NCBI GenBank assembly: GCA_937858935.1
Contig: CALLZX010000305.1
Span: forward strand, 8,208 to 72,207
DNA length: 64,000 bases
Reading direction: 5' to 3'
Source: an uncultured Ignavibacteriales bacterium
Lineage (GTDB): Bacteria > Bacteroidota > Ignavibacteria > Ignavibacteriales > Ignavibacteriaceae
Shown here: piece after piece, positions 9,418 to 19,424 of the stretch
How positions within the stretch are numbered: position 1 is the stretch's first letter
How the letters are laid out: each line of letters opens with the position of its first letter
The notes under the pieces: model-generated
Told to the model about the DNA's origin: nothing
Databases searched by the model: none
The model's input: only the letters and a program-made list of their open reading frames with translations
Program-made: the position numbers and the translations under genes

Positions 9418-9937
9418 AGTTTATTCTCCTGGAAAAATCTGGAAATAGTTTTATTGGCGCAAAAATAGTATTTGCAACTCAACCTGTGTTAGGACAATTC
9501 TGGCGTTCAATTGGACTTTTGTTGCAATTAAAAAAATGCGTTAAGATTTGTTTTTCTATTAGTTTTGAATGATTTAAGAAGTTTATTTGCTCATCACAAA
9601 ACATTCATACTGTGAATATTGGGACTAACAAAATTCAACAACAGAAAGAAAAACAAATAGTTTTGTTATTGGAAAACTAATTCGAAATTAAGATTGTCTA
9701 TCGCACACGACTATTATTTGATGAGTAGCTATAACCCAAAAGATTCTAATAACGATAATCTTAATAATTTTTTGATAATTGATTTATTAATGTATTTTAC
9801 GATAGATAAATTTTGATCAAAGATAATAGATCAGTTTTTAATAATCATCTTACTTAGATATTTGATTTAATTAAACATTTTATTCTGGTTCTGTCAATAT
9901 TAAACTCAGCAAGTAGAATTTACATCGTTAAAGATAG

Positions 9938-12900
9938 ATGTTATTAAAAAAAAATATTTATGTTTCTGAAATAATAGGATCTGATATTTATAAAGATACT
10001 TTATTATCATTTTTCTTATTCATCCTTCTTACATTCACGTCTTTTTCGCAAAATAATAATTTAAAGTTCAGACACCTTACCAGCGATGATGGACTATCTC
10101 AAAATTTTATTTCATGCATTCTACAGGATCAAAAAGGGTTTATGTGGTTTGGAACCAAAGATGGTTTAAACAGATACGATGGTTATTCATTCGAGGTTTA
10201 TCAAAACGATCCGTTTGATTCAACAACTATTTCAGATAATTTTATAACAGCACTGTTTGAAGACAGTCGGGGATATATTTGGGTAGGAACATTAAGCGGA
10301 GGATTAAATTGTTTTGAAAGAGAGACTGAAATTTTTCATCATATTCGTTATCGATCGAATAACGCAGAGGTTTTTAATACAGATGAAGTAAAATCGATTG
10401 TTGAAGATACTAACGGAAATATCTGGATCGGGACGAGAGGCGAAGGAATCTTTAAACTCTCCTTTAAGAACAAAGATTCCTTTAAGTTAAATTACAAACA
10501 GTATTATTCTGACGTTGATAAACAGGGTAGCTTAAGCAGTAATATCATATCCACTTTATTCTTTGATTCTAAAGGTGTCCTTTGGGTTAGCACTCTAAAT
10601 GGATTGGACAAATTCAATGCTAAAAACGAAAGTTTTACTAATTATGAAATCTTAACCAGAAATCCCAAAGCACCTCTCAGCTACTTTGATAAAACTGTTT
10701 ATTCAATATTTGAATGCAGTAACGGTAATTTATGGCTGGGTACTCTTAGCGGATTAGTAAAATTCGATAGACTAACTCAAAGCTATAAATTATTTCCGCA
10801 TCATTATGATGTTTTTAGATATGGATGGGGAAGCATAATGCAAATCGTTGAAGATCATTCAAAAAAATTATGGCTTGCTACTCCTGGTGAATTAATGAGA
10901 TTTGATGCAAGGTCTAACACTTATGATTATTTTAAAAATGATCCTCTAAATCAAAACTCAATTAGTTATAACAGCATCTCAAGTTTATATCTGGATAATA
11001 CCGGAATTCTATGGATAGGAACAGCGGGAATTGGGATTAATATATATGATCCAAAGGGAAATAGATTTTCAACCTTAGTAAGAAATAATGATACTTCATC
11101 GCGGATAACAGGATTTAGTGTGCGATCCGTTTTACAAGAAAGTAGAGATATTGTTTGGATAAGTACGGATGTGTTGTTTAAATGGAATCGCAGAACAGGT
11201 GAATTAAAAAGTTATGAAACTGATTCAAATAGACCTAATGACTATGGGAACACAGGTCCGTGGTCAATTATAAAATCGTATGATGGGAAAATATGGTCAG
11301 CAACTTCAGAAGGCCTCTATAGTTATGATCCATCAAATGAAAACATTAGACAGTACAAATTCAATTCTTCGGATAAAAATGGTTTACCTCAGAAAGAGGT
11401 TTATGCTGTATTTGAAGATCAGAATAAAAACATATGGGCTGCAACAGAAAATTACTTTTGCAATTTGATAGATATTGATAAAGGAATATTTAATTACTAT
11501 CGATATCAAACTTCCCTGCCTTATAACCAACGAGAAAGGCCTGTAATTCATCAGGACAGCAAAGGTATATTTTGGATTGGAACAAAAAATGGGTTACTCC
11601 GTTTTGATCAACAAAATAAATCGTTTTTTACATATAAGAATAATCCCAAACAACTTAATAGTCTTAGTAATAATTATATCAAAACAATATGCCCTGATCC
11701 GATTAATCCTGATAATATTCTCTGGCTTGGTACATCGGGTGGTGGTTTAAACAGATTTAATGTTAAGAAGGAAACATTTGAACACTTTACGGAAAGTGAA
11801 GGGCTGCCCAATAATGTTGTTTATGGAATATTGCCGGATGGAAAAGGAAATTTGTGGTTAAGTACAAATAAAGGATTATCGAAATTTAATCCTAAGGAAA
11901 ATACTTTTAGAAATTATGATGTTAGTGATGGTTTGCAAAGCAATGAATTTAATACTGGAGCCTATTATCTAAGTGAAAATGGTGAAATGTTTTTTGGAGG
12001 AATTAAAGGACTGAATTATTTCTATCCGAATGAAATAAAGGACAATCCAAATATTCCTAAAATTGCTTTAACAAATTTAAAACTCGGAGATCATTACATA
12101 TCCATTAAGGACGAAAATTCAGTATTAAAAAGAACATTTTCAGAAACAGATGAACTTGTACTTTCTTATGCTGACGATGTGATAACATTTGAATTTACGT
12201 CACTTGACTATTCGGCACCTAATAAAAACCGTTACGCATACAAGCTTGAGAATTTTAATGAAGATTGGATTTATTCCGGTTCTGTTCGCTCTGCTACTTA
12301 TACACATTTACCTTTTGGCGAATATGTTTTCCGTGTTAAGGGATCTAACAACGATGGAGTATGGAATGATGAGGGTATAGCTCTTAAGTTGATCATTACT
12401 CCACCCTGGTGGAGCAGATGGTGGGCTTACATTATATATGGTCTATTGCTCCTTTCAATTTTATATATAATAAGACGCTATGAGTTAAATAGATTAAAAT
12501 TAAAAAACCAATTAGAAGTTGAGAAGATTGAAATTGATACTCTCCGAAATTTAGATCAATTAAAATCACATTTTTTTGCTAATATATCTCACGAGTTTCG
12601 AACACCGCTTACATTAATTCTTGGTCAGATAGAAAGTGTACTCGCCTCTAACCTCGAGATAAAAGAAAAAGGGAAACTTCAGGTTGCAACAAGAAATGCA
12701 AGAAGATTACTTACCCTGATCAATCAGTTATTGGATTTATCGAAATTAGAAGCTGGAAGCATGGAACTAAATGCTGAGCAGCATAATATAGTATCATTCC
12801 TTAAAAGTCTTTTCTTTTCTTTTGAGTCACTGGCAGATAACCAAAAGATCAAACTTAAATTTGAATCTGAATTAGAAAATATTCCTGTAGTTTTTGATCC

Positions 12901-14140
12901 TGATAAGATTGAAAAAGTTTTTTATAATCTTGTTTCGAATGCGTTTAAGTTCACCTCTGTAAAGGGAGAAATTAAAGTTTCATTGAAAATTATTGAGCCA
13001 TTTAAAGTTGAAATATGCGTTAAGGATAACGGGATTGGAATTCCTGCTGATCGTATTTCACATATCTTCGATCGTTTTTATCAGATAGATAGTTCAAGCA
13101 CTCGAGAGCATGAAGGAACCGGTATTGGGCTGGCATTAACAAAAGAATTAGTTGAACTGCATCATGGTAAAATAAGTGTTAAAAGTGAAGTAAATAAAGG
13201 AACAGAATTTAGTATTCATTTGCCATTAGGTGGTTTAAAAACCAAAGAAGAACCATCATTGGAAAAAACAACCAATTATTCTTCTAACGGAAATAATTCA
13301 GACGATAATGAAAAAGATTTAGTTCTAAATGACGAACATCATGAATTAAACATTTCTAATAGTGACACTCAGATTCCTTTTAATGATCAAAATGAAATCG
13401 TGCTAATTGCTGAAGATAATGCTGATGTACGTGCATATATAAGAGAACAGTTAGAAAATGATTACAAAATTCTCGAAGCAAAAAATGGCGAAGAAGGATT
13501 TTCTATCGCCCAAAATGAAATCCCGGATTTAATCATAACTGATGTAATGATGCCTAAAAAAGATGGCTATCAATTCTGTAAAGAAATTCGCAATGATGAA
13601 AAAACAAGTCACATTCCAATTATAATGTTAACTGCGAAAGCAGGGCTTGATGATAAAATTGAAGGGCTGGAAACAGGTGTTGATGCATATCTTACTAAAC
13701 CATTTAGTGCAAGAGAATTAAGAGTTAGAGTTAGGAATTTAATCTATCAGCGCAAGCAGCTAAGAAAGCGTTTCAGTAAATCAACAATTTTAAAACCTTC
13801 CGATGTTTCCGTTGTTTCAGTTGAGCAAATTTTTCTGGAAAAGACGATTCGAACTATAGAAAAACACTTTGAAGATGAACAATTCGGTGTTGAAAAACTT
13901 GCAGACGAAATGAATATGAGTGTATCGCAGCTTAACAGAAAATTAAATGCTCTTGTTGATCAGCCGCCAGGACAGTTAATCAGGTCATTTCGTCTGCAGC
14001 GAGCAGCAGATTTATTAAAACAAAATGCTGGAACAGTTGCTGAGATTTGCTATAGGGTCGGCTTCAATGATCAGGCGTATTTTTCAAGAGCTTTTAAAAA
14101 ACAATTCGGAACTTCACCTTCTGAGTATAAAATCAAATAG
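9938..14140 (+). CDS. Hybrid two-component system protein (propeller + Y_Y_Y sensor, HisKA, HATPase_c, receiver, AraC-type HTH)
   Basis: 1400 aa. Propeller repeats. 'YAYKLENFNEDW...GEYVFRVKGSNNDGVWN'. TM 'WAYIIYGLLLLSILY'. H-box 'FFANISHEFRTPLT'. N/G boxes 'NLVSNAFKFT', 'VKDNGIGIP', 'GTGIGLALTKELV'. REC 'DLIITDVMMPKKDG'. AraC HTH 'YRVGFNDQAYFSRAFKKQFGTSPSEY'. Confidence 0.9.
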   Translation: MLLKKNIYVSEIIGSDIYKDTLLSFFLFILLTFTSFSQNNNLKFRHLTSDDGLSQNFISCILQDQKGFMWFGTKDGLNRYDGYSFEVYQNDPFDSTTISDNFITALFEDSRGYIWVGTLSGGLNCFERETEIFHHIRYRSNNAEVFNTDEVKSIVEDTNGNIWIGTRGEGIFKLSFKNKDSFKLNYKQYYSDVDKQGSLSSNIISTLFFDSKGVLWVSTLNGLDKFNAKNESFTNYEILTRNPKAPLSYFDKTVYSIFECSNGNLWLGTLSGLVKFDRLTQSYKLFPHHYDVFRYGWGSIMQIVEDHSKKLWLATPGELMRFDARSNTYDYFKNDPLNQNSISYNSISSLYLDNTGILWIGTAGIGINIYDPKGNRFSTLVRNNDTSSRITGFSVRSVLQESRDIVWISTDVLFKWNRRTGELKSYETDSNRPNDYGNTGPWSIIKSYDGKIWSATSEGLYSYDPSNENIRQYKFNSSDKNGLPQKEVYAVFEDQNKNIWAATENYFCNLIDIDKGIFNYYRYQTSLPYNQRERPVIHQDSKGIFWIGTKNGLLRFDQQNKSFFTYKNNPKQLNSLSNNYIKTICPDPINPDNILWLGTSGGGLNRFNVKKETFEHFTESEGLPNNVVYGILPDGKGNLWLSTNKGLSKFNPKENTFRNYDVSDGLQSNEFNTGAYYLSENGEMFFGGIKGLNYFYPNEIKDNPNIPKIALTNLKLGDHYISIKDENSVLKRTFSETDELVLSYADDVITFEFTSLDYSAPNKNRYAYKLENFNEDWIYSGSVRSATYTHLPFGEYVFRVKGSNNDGVWNDEGIALKLIITPPWWSRWWAYIIYGLLLLSILYIIRRYELNRLKLKNQLEVEKIEIDTLRNLDQLKSHFFANISHEFRTPLTLILGQIESVLASNLEIKEKGKLQVATRNARRLLTLINQLLDLSKLEAGSMELNAEQHNIVSFLKSLFFSFESLADNQKIKLKFESELENIPVVFDPDKIEKVFYNLVSNAFKFTSVKGEIKVSLKIIEPFKVEICVKDNGIGIPADRISHIFDRFYQIDSSSTREHEGTGIGLALTKELVELHHGKISVKSEVNKGTEFSIHLPLGGLKTKEEPSLEKTTNYSSNGNNSDDNEKDLVLNDEHHELNISNSDTQIPFNDQNEIVLIAEDNADVRAYIREQLENDYKILEAKNGEEGFSIAQNEIPDLIITDVMMPKKDGYQFCKEIRNDEKTSHIPIIMLTAKAGLDDKIEGLETGVDAYLTKPFSARELRVRVRNLIYQRKQLRKRFSKSTILKPSDVSVVSVEQIFLEKTIRTIEKHFEDEQFGVEKLADEMNMSVSQLNRKLNALVDQPPGQLIRSFRLQRAADLLKQNAGTVAEICYRVGFNDQAYFSRAFKKQFGTSPSEYKIK

Positions 14141-14386
14141 ACACTAGCTCTATTACCCTTGTCCCCTTTCCTCAATACTATTTGCTGTGCGTTACAAAAA
14201 CATTCTTCTTCTTAAGATAATAATCTTTACAAATTTTATTCAAGAATCATTTTAAATAACTTTAATAATGCCCCATCTGCAAGGAAAGTCCTAACTTTTG
14301 CTTCAATTGTGCAAGATAACTTTTATCCATTCTTCTACTTTTGCTAAGAGCTTTTAACAAATAATTAAAAATAATTTGAAAAATAA

Positions 14387-14830
14387 ATGTTGAGCATTTT
14401 AAAGGTAAAAGGGATATATGATGAGAATGGCAAAATCTTGTTGGATTCGATGAGAGTTTTGAGTTGGAATAGTCTGACAGAAAAGAATCAACCGAAATTG
14501 GATTATGGAACTAATATTGACATCTCACTTTCAATTGACGAGAATACATTTCTTTCCGGAAAGAATGGGGTTGTATGGGCAACCTATGATTCAAGGCAAG
14601 CAGATATTATTCAAAGTACACTTCTAGCACAGCAAATAAATTGTGAAATCAAAAAGATAAGTTTTGAAACTGAAGTAATATTCTTAATCGTCATAACAAA
14701 CCAGAATGAAGTTATAGATGCAATTGATTTTATTTGGAAAAGTGATAGCGGACTAAGGCTGAAACCGGATTGGAGTTATCCAAACGGTAGTAAAAATAAA
14801 AGTTTTGAGCAATGGTTAAATGGACATTAG
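14387..14830 (+). CDS. Hypothetical protein (no signal peptide)
   Basis: 147-aa ORF in a gene-sized gap. No recognised motif. Confidence 0.4.
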   Translation: MLSILKVKGIYDENGKILLDSMRVLSWNSLTEKNQPKLDYGTNIDISLSIDENTFLSGKNGVVWATYDSRQADIIQSTLLAQQINCEIKKISFETEVIFLIVITNQNEVIDAIDFIWKSDSGLRLKPDWSYPNGSKNKSFEQWLNGH

Positions 14831-14867
14831 AAGCTGAATTTCTATAATAAAATGAAGAGGTAATAAA

Positions 14868-15377
14868 ATGAAATTTGATAAATTATTTGTATCTGCATTT
14901 TTCTGGATTACACTTTTAAGCATTCCGGTAATGTCACAAAGTGAACAAGGATATATTCTTGGAATAAAAAACTTCGAAAAATCTTTCCCTCCCGAAAATA
15001 TTGATTGGGATAGCTATGAAAATCTTTATTTGGACACACACCAGGATGGCAAACTGAAAAGAAACAAACTTGGTCTTAAAACAAATGATATTATCGGAGA
15101 AGAAATGATTTACGAGTATGGCAATTTTAATGTTCATCTTGTTATAACTTCCGATTCCACACTCTATATGAAGAATAGTAAAACTGGCGTTGATGCAAAC
15201 GAAAAAATGTCCACTATTCATATTGATGATAATACAATGTTAGCTTCGTTTGTTGATGCTGATAATAATCTAGTAACAATGCTCTCTGACTTTGAAAATG
15301 GAAAAGCCTCCGCCTTTTTATACAAGGATGATGGAAGTGTGACTTCGGTTTCAGGGTCAATTAAAATGAAAAAATAA
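14868..15377 (+). CDS. Hypothetical exported protein
   Basis: 169-aa ORF. Signal peptide 'FFWITLLSIPVMSQS'. Confidence 0.45.
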   Translation: MKFDKLFVSAFFWITLLSIPVMSQSEQGYILGIKNFEKSFPPENIDWDSYENLYLDTHQDGKLKRNKLGLKTNDIIGEEMIYEYGNFNVHLVITSDSTLYMKNSKTGVDANEKMSTIHIDDNTMLASFVDADNNLVTMLSDFENGKASAFLYKDDGSVTSVSGSIKMKK

Positions 15378-15428
15378 AATAAAGTTAAGTGAAAATTTCA
15401 ATTTCAAAAATCAAAAAGGAGCAATGCT

Positions 15429-15863
15429 ATGAAGTACTCGATAATCAGTTCTTTTCTATTTATTCTTTTCTTTGCAGGCGCAAATGCAATGCTTGCCCAA
15501 GCACCACAGGGTAATGCTGTACTCATGTCAAATTATGAGAGAGCATTTCCAATGGATGGTTCAATGGCGGAGTTTGATTCTCTGACGCATCAATTTCAAA
15601 CTAAAGTATGGGACAAAAATCCTCTTGTAATCAGTCATAAAACTGTTCGGCATTGGTGGGGACACGATAACAGGGATGTAATTGAGATTACAGTAATTAA
15701 AACCTGGGAAGATATTCCAAAAGCAATGCAGAAAAACAATGAACTATTTATGGAAGCATGGTCAACGAAAGAAGCACGCGATAGTTTTGACAAAGCGTAT
15801 AATAAATATTTCACCGGCAAACATTCCGATGAAATTTACCAGGAAGTAAAATTTAATAAATAA
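15429..15863 (+). CDS. Hypothetical exported protein
   Basis: 144-aa ORF. Signal peptide 'FLFILFFAGANAMLAQA'. Confidence 0.45.
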   Translation: MKYSIISSFLFILFFAGANAMLAQAPQGNAVLMSNYERAFPMDGSMAEFDSLTHQFQTKVWDKNPLVISHKTVRHWWGHDNRDVIEITVIKTWEDIPKAMQKNNELFMEAWSTKEARDSFDKAYNKYFTGKHSDEIYQEVKFNK

Positions 15864-15889
15864 ATATTAACAAATAAAAAAGGCAGTAT

Positions 15890-16354
15890 ATGAAAAATTT
15901 AATTGGTCTCTCCATTTTAGTTCTAACGATAATTTTAACAACTAATACTCAGGCACAACAATGGTCCTCTGAACAAAAATCAGTGTGGGCTGGCGTTGAA
16001 GAATACTGGGCTGTAAGCACATCAAATGATCCGCTATCTTTCCTAAATTATTTTGATGACACATATATAGGTTGGTCTTACGATAGCGAAACTCCCGGAA
16101 CTAAAGCTGATGCTGTCAAATCTCTCAATTACTGGCTCAAGAAAGGTAAAACTCAATTTTACATTATCAAGCCTTCAAACATTTGGGTAAACGGTGATTT
16201 TGCTTACGTACATTATCACTATACACAGGTTATGGAAAGTACAGATGGTAAACCAACCACTGAAAGAGGACGCTGGACAGATATCCTTATGAAGAAGAAC
16301 GGCAAGTGGATGCTTGTTGGTGATCATGGTGGTGAAATTAAGAACGATGAATAG
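15890..16354 (+). CDS. Exported NTF2-like (DUF4440/SnoaL-like) protein
   Basis: 154 aa with a signal peptide. C-terminal 'RGRWTDILMKKNGKWMLVGDHG' resembles the NTF2-fold DUF4440 family. Confidence 0.5.
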   Translation: MKNLIGLSILVLTIILTTNTQAQQWSSEQKSVWAGVEEYWAVSTSNDPLSFLNYFDDTYIGWSYDSETPGTKADAVKSLNYWLKKGKTQFYIIKPSNIWVNGDFAYVHYHYTQVMESTDGKPTTERGRWTDILMKKNGKWMLVGDHGGEIKNDE

Positions 16355-16374
16355 TAATAATTAAGATGCTTAAA

Positions 16375-16396
16375 CAGGCAGTGAAATATCTGCCTG
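16375..16396 (+). terminator. Candidate hairpin terminator
   Basis: caggcag (16375-16381) / ctgcctg (16390-16396), 20 nt after the stop codon. The T-tract is weak. Confidence 0.35.
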
Positions 16397-16453
16397 AATA
16401 TTATTAAATACTCTCTCCAATCTAATTTTATCAATCAGTAAGAATTTGACATA

Positions 16454-16912
16454 ATGAAAAAAACAAGTTTGCTCCTTCTGGTTTTCATATTATCAGGGTT
16501 TCTTCAAGCACAGGATGCCGGAACATATAATTTCACTTTTAATCACATAGCACTATCAGTAAAAGACGTAGACCGTTCTGCAGATTTTTATAAAAAAGTT
16601 TTAAATCTTAATGAGATTACAAACAAAACAAAAATTGAAGGTATTCGTTGGTTCTCTTTGGGAGAAGGAAAAGAACTGCACCTCATTTCAATTTTAAAAG
16701 AAAGTGGTACAATAAATAAAGCTTTGCATTTTGCCTTAACAACTTTAGACTTCGACCCTTTTATCAAGGTACTTGATGAAATGAAAATATCATATTCCGA
16801 CTGGCTAGGAACTCCTCAGAAAATCAATATTAGAGCTGACGGAATAAAGCAGATCTTCTTTCAAGACCCTGATGGTTATTGGATTGAAGTTAATAGTGTA
16901 GTACAAAAATAG
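16454..16912 (+). CDS. Exported VOC/glyoxalase-family protein
   Basis: 152 aa with signal peptide 'LLLLVFILSGFLQAQD'. VOC motifs 'FNHIALSVKDVDRSADFYKKVLNL', 'ELHLI', 'HFALT', 'FFQDPDGYWIEV'. Confidence 0.7.
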   Translation: MKKTSLLLLVFILSGFLQAQDAGTYNFTFNHIALSVKDVDRSADFYKKVLNLNEITNKTKIEGIRWFSLGEGKELHLISILKESGTINKALHFALTTLDFDPFIKVLDEMKISYSDWLGTPQKINIRADGIKQIFFQDPDGYWIEVNSVVQK

Positions 16913-16952
16913 ATATTGTAAACTTTTTAATAATAAAAATCAAAGGGAAACA

Positions 16953-17435
16953 ATGAAAAGACTAATTATACATTTTTTAATGTTTATACTGTTCATCTCA
17001 TTCAGTCCATCTTTTGCCATAAATAATAAACCTGCAAAAGAAAGCAATGTTGAAATCATTCAGAATTTGTATGCTGCTTTTGCAAAAGGTGATGTTCCTG
17101 CTGTACTGCAAAAATTTGATCCAAAGATTGTATGGAATGAAGCAGAGAATTTTCCTTATGCGGATCGAAATCCTTATGTTGGTCCCCAGGCAGTGCTTGA
17201 AGGTGTTTTTGCACGGATTGGTGCAGATTGGGAATATTGGAACCTAGCTGATCAAACTTATTATGAAGCTAATTCAGGTGAAGTAATAGTCACCGGACGT
17301 TACAACGCAAAAAATAAATTAACAGGTAAAGAAATAAGTGTTCAATTTGTACATATGTGGACACTTAACGAGGGTCTGGTTACAATGTTTCAGCAATATG
17401 CTGATACTTATCAAACCGTTGAGGCGATGAAATAA
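16953..17435 (+). CDS. Exported SnoaL-like/NTF2-fold protein
   Basis: 160 aa with a signal peptide. 'IIQNLYAAFAKGDVPAVLQKFDPKIVWNEAENFPY' is typical of ketosteroid-isomerase-like SnoaL_2 proteins. Confidence 0.6.
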   Translation: MKRLIIHFLMFILFISFSPSFAINNKPAKESNVEIIQNLYAAFAKGDVPAVLQKFDPKIVWNEAENFPYADRNPYVGPQAVLEGVFARIGADWEYWNLADQTYYEANSGEVIVTGRYNAKNKLTGKEISVQFVHMWTLNEGLVTMFQQYADTYQTVEAMK

Positions 17436-17482
17436 AAACAATAATATCATTCTCTAAAAACTATAAGTGAGGATCTGGTAAA

Positions 17483-17974
17483 ATGAAACAACTAATTAAT
17501 ACCATTCTAAAAGCTGGAACTTTTTTATTTCTCTTGCTCGTCATATTCACAATGGGATGTCAACAGCCGCAGGAAGTAAAACCTGAGTATTTTTATCTCC
17601 GTCCGGAAGTTGAAAAAACTTACGGTTATACACACGCTGTTAAGATTGGTAATGATATAAAAATATCCGGAGCAGTTAGCATGGATGATGTAGGCAATCC
17701 AACTGCTGTTGGTGATTTATTACAGCAAATGAAAAATTGTTATTCAGATTTAGATAAAGTGCTAAAACATTACGGCTGTACATTTGATGATGTTGTTGTA
17801 GAAAATGTTTTTACTACAAATATGCCTGAATTCCTTAACCAAGCTGCCTATAGAAATACAATTTATACAAAACAATTTCCAACAGGATCGTGGTTAGGAG
17901 TTAAAGAATTAGCTCTACCTGAGTTTATGATAGAGATTGAATTAGAAGTTCATAAAGCGATTCAATTAAATTAA
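17483..17974 (+). CDS. RidA/YjgF-family protein with lipoprotein-type signal
   Basis: 163 aa. N-terminus 'FLFLLLVIFTMGCQQ' carries a lipobox-like Cys. RidA-like 'HAVKIGNDIKISGAV' and C-terminal 'EFMIEIELEV'. Confidence 0.6.
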   Translation: MKQLINTILKAGTFLFLLLVIFTMGCQQPQEVKPEYFYLRPEVEKTYGYTHAVKIGNDIKISGAVSMDDVGNPTAVGDLLQQMKNCYSDLDKVLKHYGCTFDDVVVENVFTTNMPEFLNQAAYRNTIYTKQFPTGSWLGVKELALPEFMIEIELEVHKAIQLN

Positions 17975-18009
17975 AATTTTAATAACATTATTAATAATTA
18001 GTTGATTGA

Positions 18010-19362
18010 ATGCTTTTTGTAAAATCTGATCAAACATTGTCTAAACCTCTTCCTTCTTTATCTGAAAATACTTTTTTAAGGTATTTTACTTTTGCCGCTC
18101 TTTATGTTGCACAAGGAATTCCGGAAGGATTATTGTGGTACGCCATACCTGCGTGGCTGGCAATGAATGGTAAAAGTCCTGCTGAGATAGGTTCATACGT
18201 TGCTGTTGTAGGTATTCCCTGGAGTTTAAAAATTATTAACGCTCCAATTATGGATAGGTTTACATATTTATCTATGGGTCGAAGAAGACCATGGGTTTTA
18301 TTCGGTCAGCTTGGATTAATATTAAGCTTTTTATCTATGTCATTAATTGCAGATCCTCTAAACAATATGTCAGCTTTAATGATACTTGGTTTTATAGTTA
18401 GTTTTTTTGAAGTATCACAGGATATTGCCGTGGATGGAATGGCTATTGATATTTTACCCGTCGATCAGCAGGCAAGAGCAAATGGATTAATGTGGGGTTC
18501 AAAAACATTAGGAATTTCTGCGTCAGTAGCTGCTGGCAGCTGGATAATGAGCAATTATGGTTACTTCTATGCAATAGTATCATTTTCACTAATTATTTCC
18601 GTTATAATTCTTGTTCCTTTATTGCTAAGAGAAAGACCCGGCGAAAAATTACTGCCGTGGACAAATGGAGAAGCCTCAAAAGCCGCAGAGAAAATTCAAT
18701 TACATAGTTGGAAGGGTATCTTTAAAAGTTTGTATAAGGTTTTCTTTTTACCCGTCAGTTTTATAATGGGTGTTGCCGCTTTTAGTTATTCAGTCGGCAG
18801 AGGATTGATTGATACAGTTCTTCCGGTATTTACTGTTCAGGAACTGGGATGGGCGGACACAGAATATTCACAAATCTTTGCAACTGCAAATTTAATCTCA
18901 GGTATACTAGGAATGATTATCGGCGGATTTCTTATAGATTATTTCGGCAAGGTTAAAATGATATCTATTTATATGAGTCTATTAATTTTGCTTGCTTGTG
19001 CAATGTCTTTCTTAAAAAGTTTTTGGCAGAATGACATTTTTGTAACGGGTTTTATAATCTGTTTTTATATTCTGTTAACATTTACAAACATTGCAATCTT
19101 TGCTTCCGCAATGCAGCTTTGCTGGAAAAGAATTTCTGTAACCCAGTTTACTCTCTATATGGCTATATCAAATTTAGGATTGGCGGCAGGTGCAGCTTTA
19201 CTTGGGCCACTAAAAGATTTATTTAATTGGGAATATGTTATTCTTTGCTATATAGTTTTTGCGGGAATAATGTTAGCGGCAATCAGATTCATCAACTTTG
19301 AGAAGCATCAGAAACGTGTGGAAGATTTAGAGACTAAGCACCTTGATATAAATATTGTCTAA
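18010..19362 (+). CDS. MFS transporter, AmpG-like
   Basis: 450 aa with about 12 hydrophobic segments. 'GRRRPWVLFGQLG' matches the AmpG-family loop motif. Confidence 0.65.
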   Translation: MLFVKSDQTLSKPLPSLSENTFLRYFTFAALYVAQGIPEGLLWYAIPAWLAMNGKSPAEIGSYVAVVGIPWSLKIINAPIMDRFTYLSMGRRRPWVLFGQLGLILSFLSMSLIADPLNNMSALMILGFIVSFFEVSQDIAVDGMAIDILPVDQQARANGLMWGSKTLGISASVAAGSWIMSNYGYFYAIVSFSLIISVIILVPLLLRERPGEKLLPWTNGEASKAAEKIQLHSWKGIFKSLYKVFFLPVSFIMGVAAFSYSVGRGLIDTVLPVFTVQELGWADTEYSQIFATANLISGILGMIIGGFLIDYFGKVKMISIYMSLLILLACAMSFLKSFWQNDIFVTGFIICFYILLTFTNIAIFASAMQLCWKRISVTQFTLYMAISNLGLAAGAALLGPLKDLFNWEYVILCYIVFAGIMLAAIRFINFEKHQKRVEDLETKHLDINIV

Positions 19363-19424
19363 TTGTGTTCTAATTTAAAATTAAATAATTCGTATTATTT
19401 CAAATCAACAGAAACAGAGATGAG

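Noticed and set aside
9455-9476. Sigma54-promoter-like string TGGCGC...TTGCA in the long intergenic region.
   Set aside because: The GG and GC dinucleotides are offset by 18 nt, not the 12 nt of TGGCAC-N5-TTGC. The site also lies about 460 nt from the nearest downstream start.
9471-9527. Inverted repeat ttgcaac / gttgcaa, possibly a structured RNA.
   Set aside because: The arms are only 7 bp with a 43-nt loop in AT-rich DNA and no flanking T-tract. This is too weak to call.
14336-14343. Bacteroidetes-type -7 promoter element TAnnTTTG (TACTTTTG), 44 nt upstream of the 14387 ORF.
   Set aside because: There is no properly spaced -33 TTTG partner; the nearest TTTG is about 36 nt upstream. The motif is also frequent by chance in AT-rich sequence. 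It is recorded but not called as a feature.
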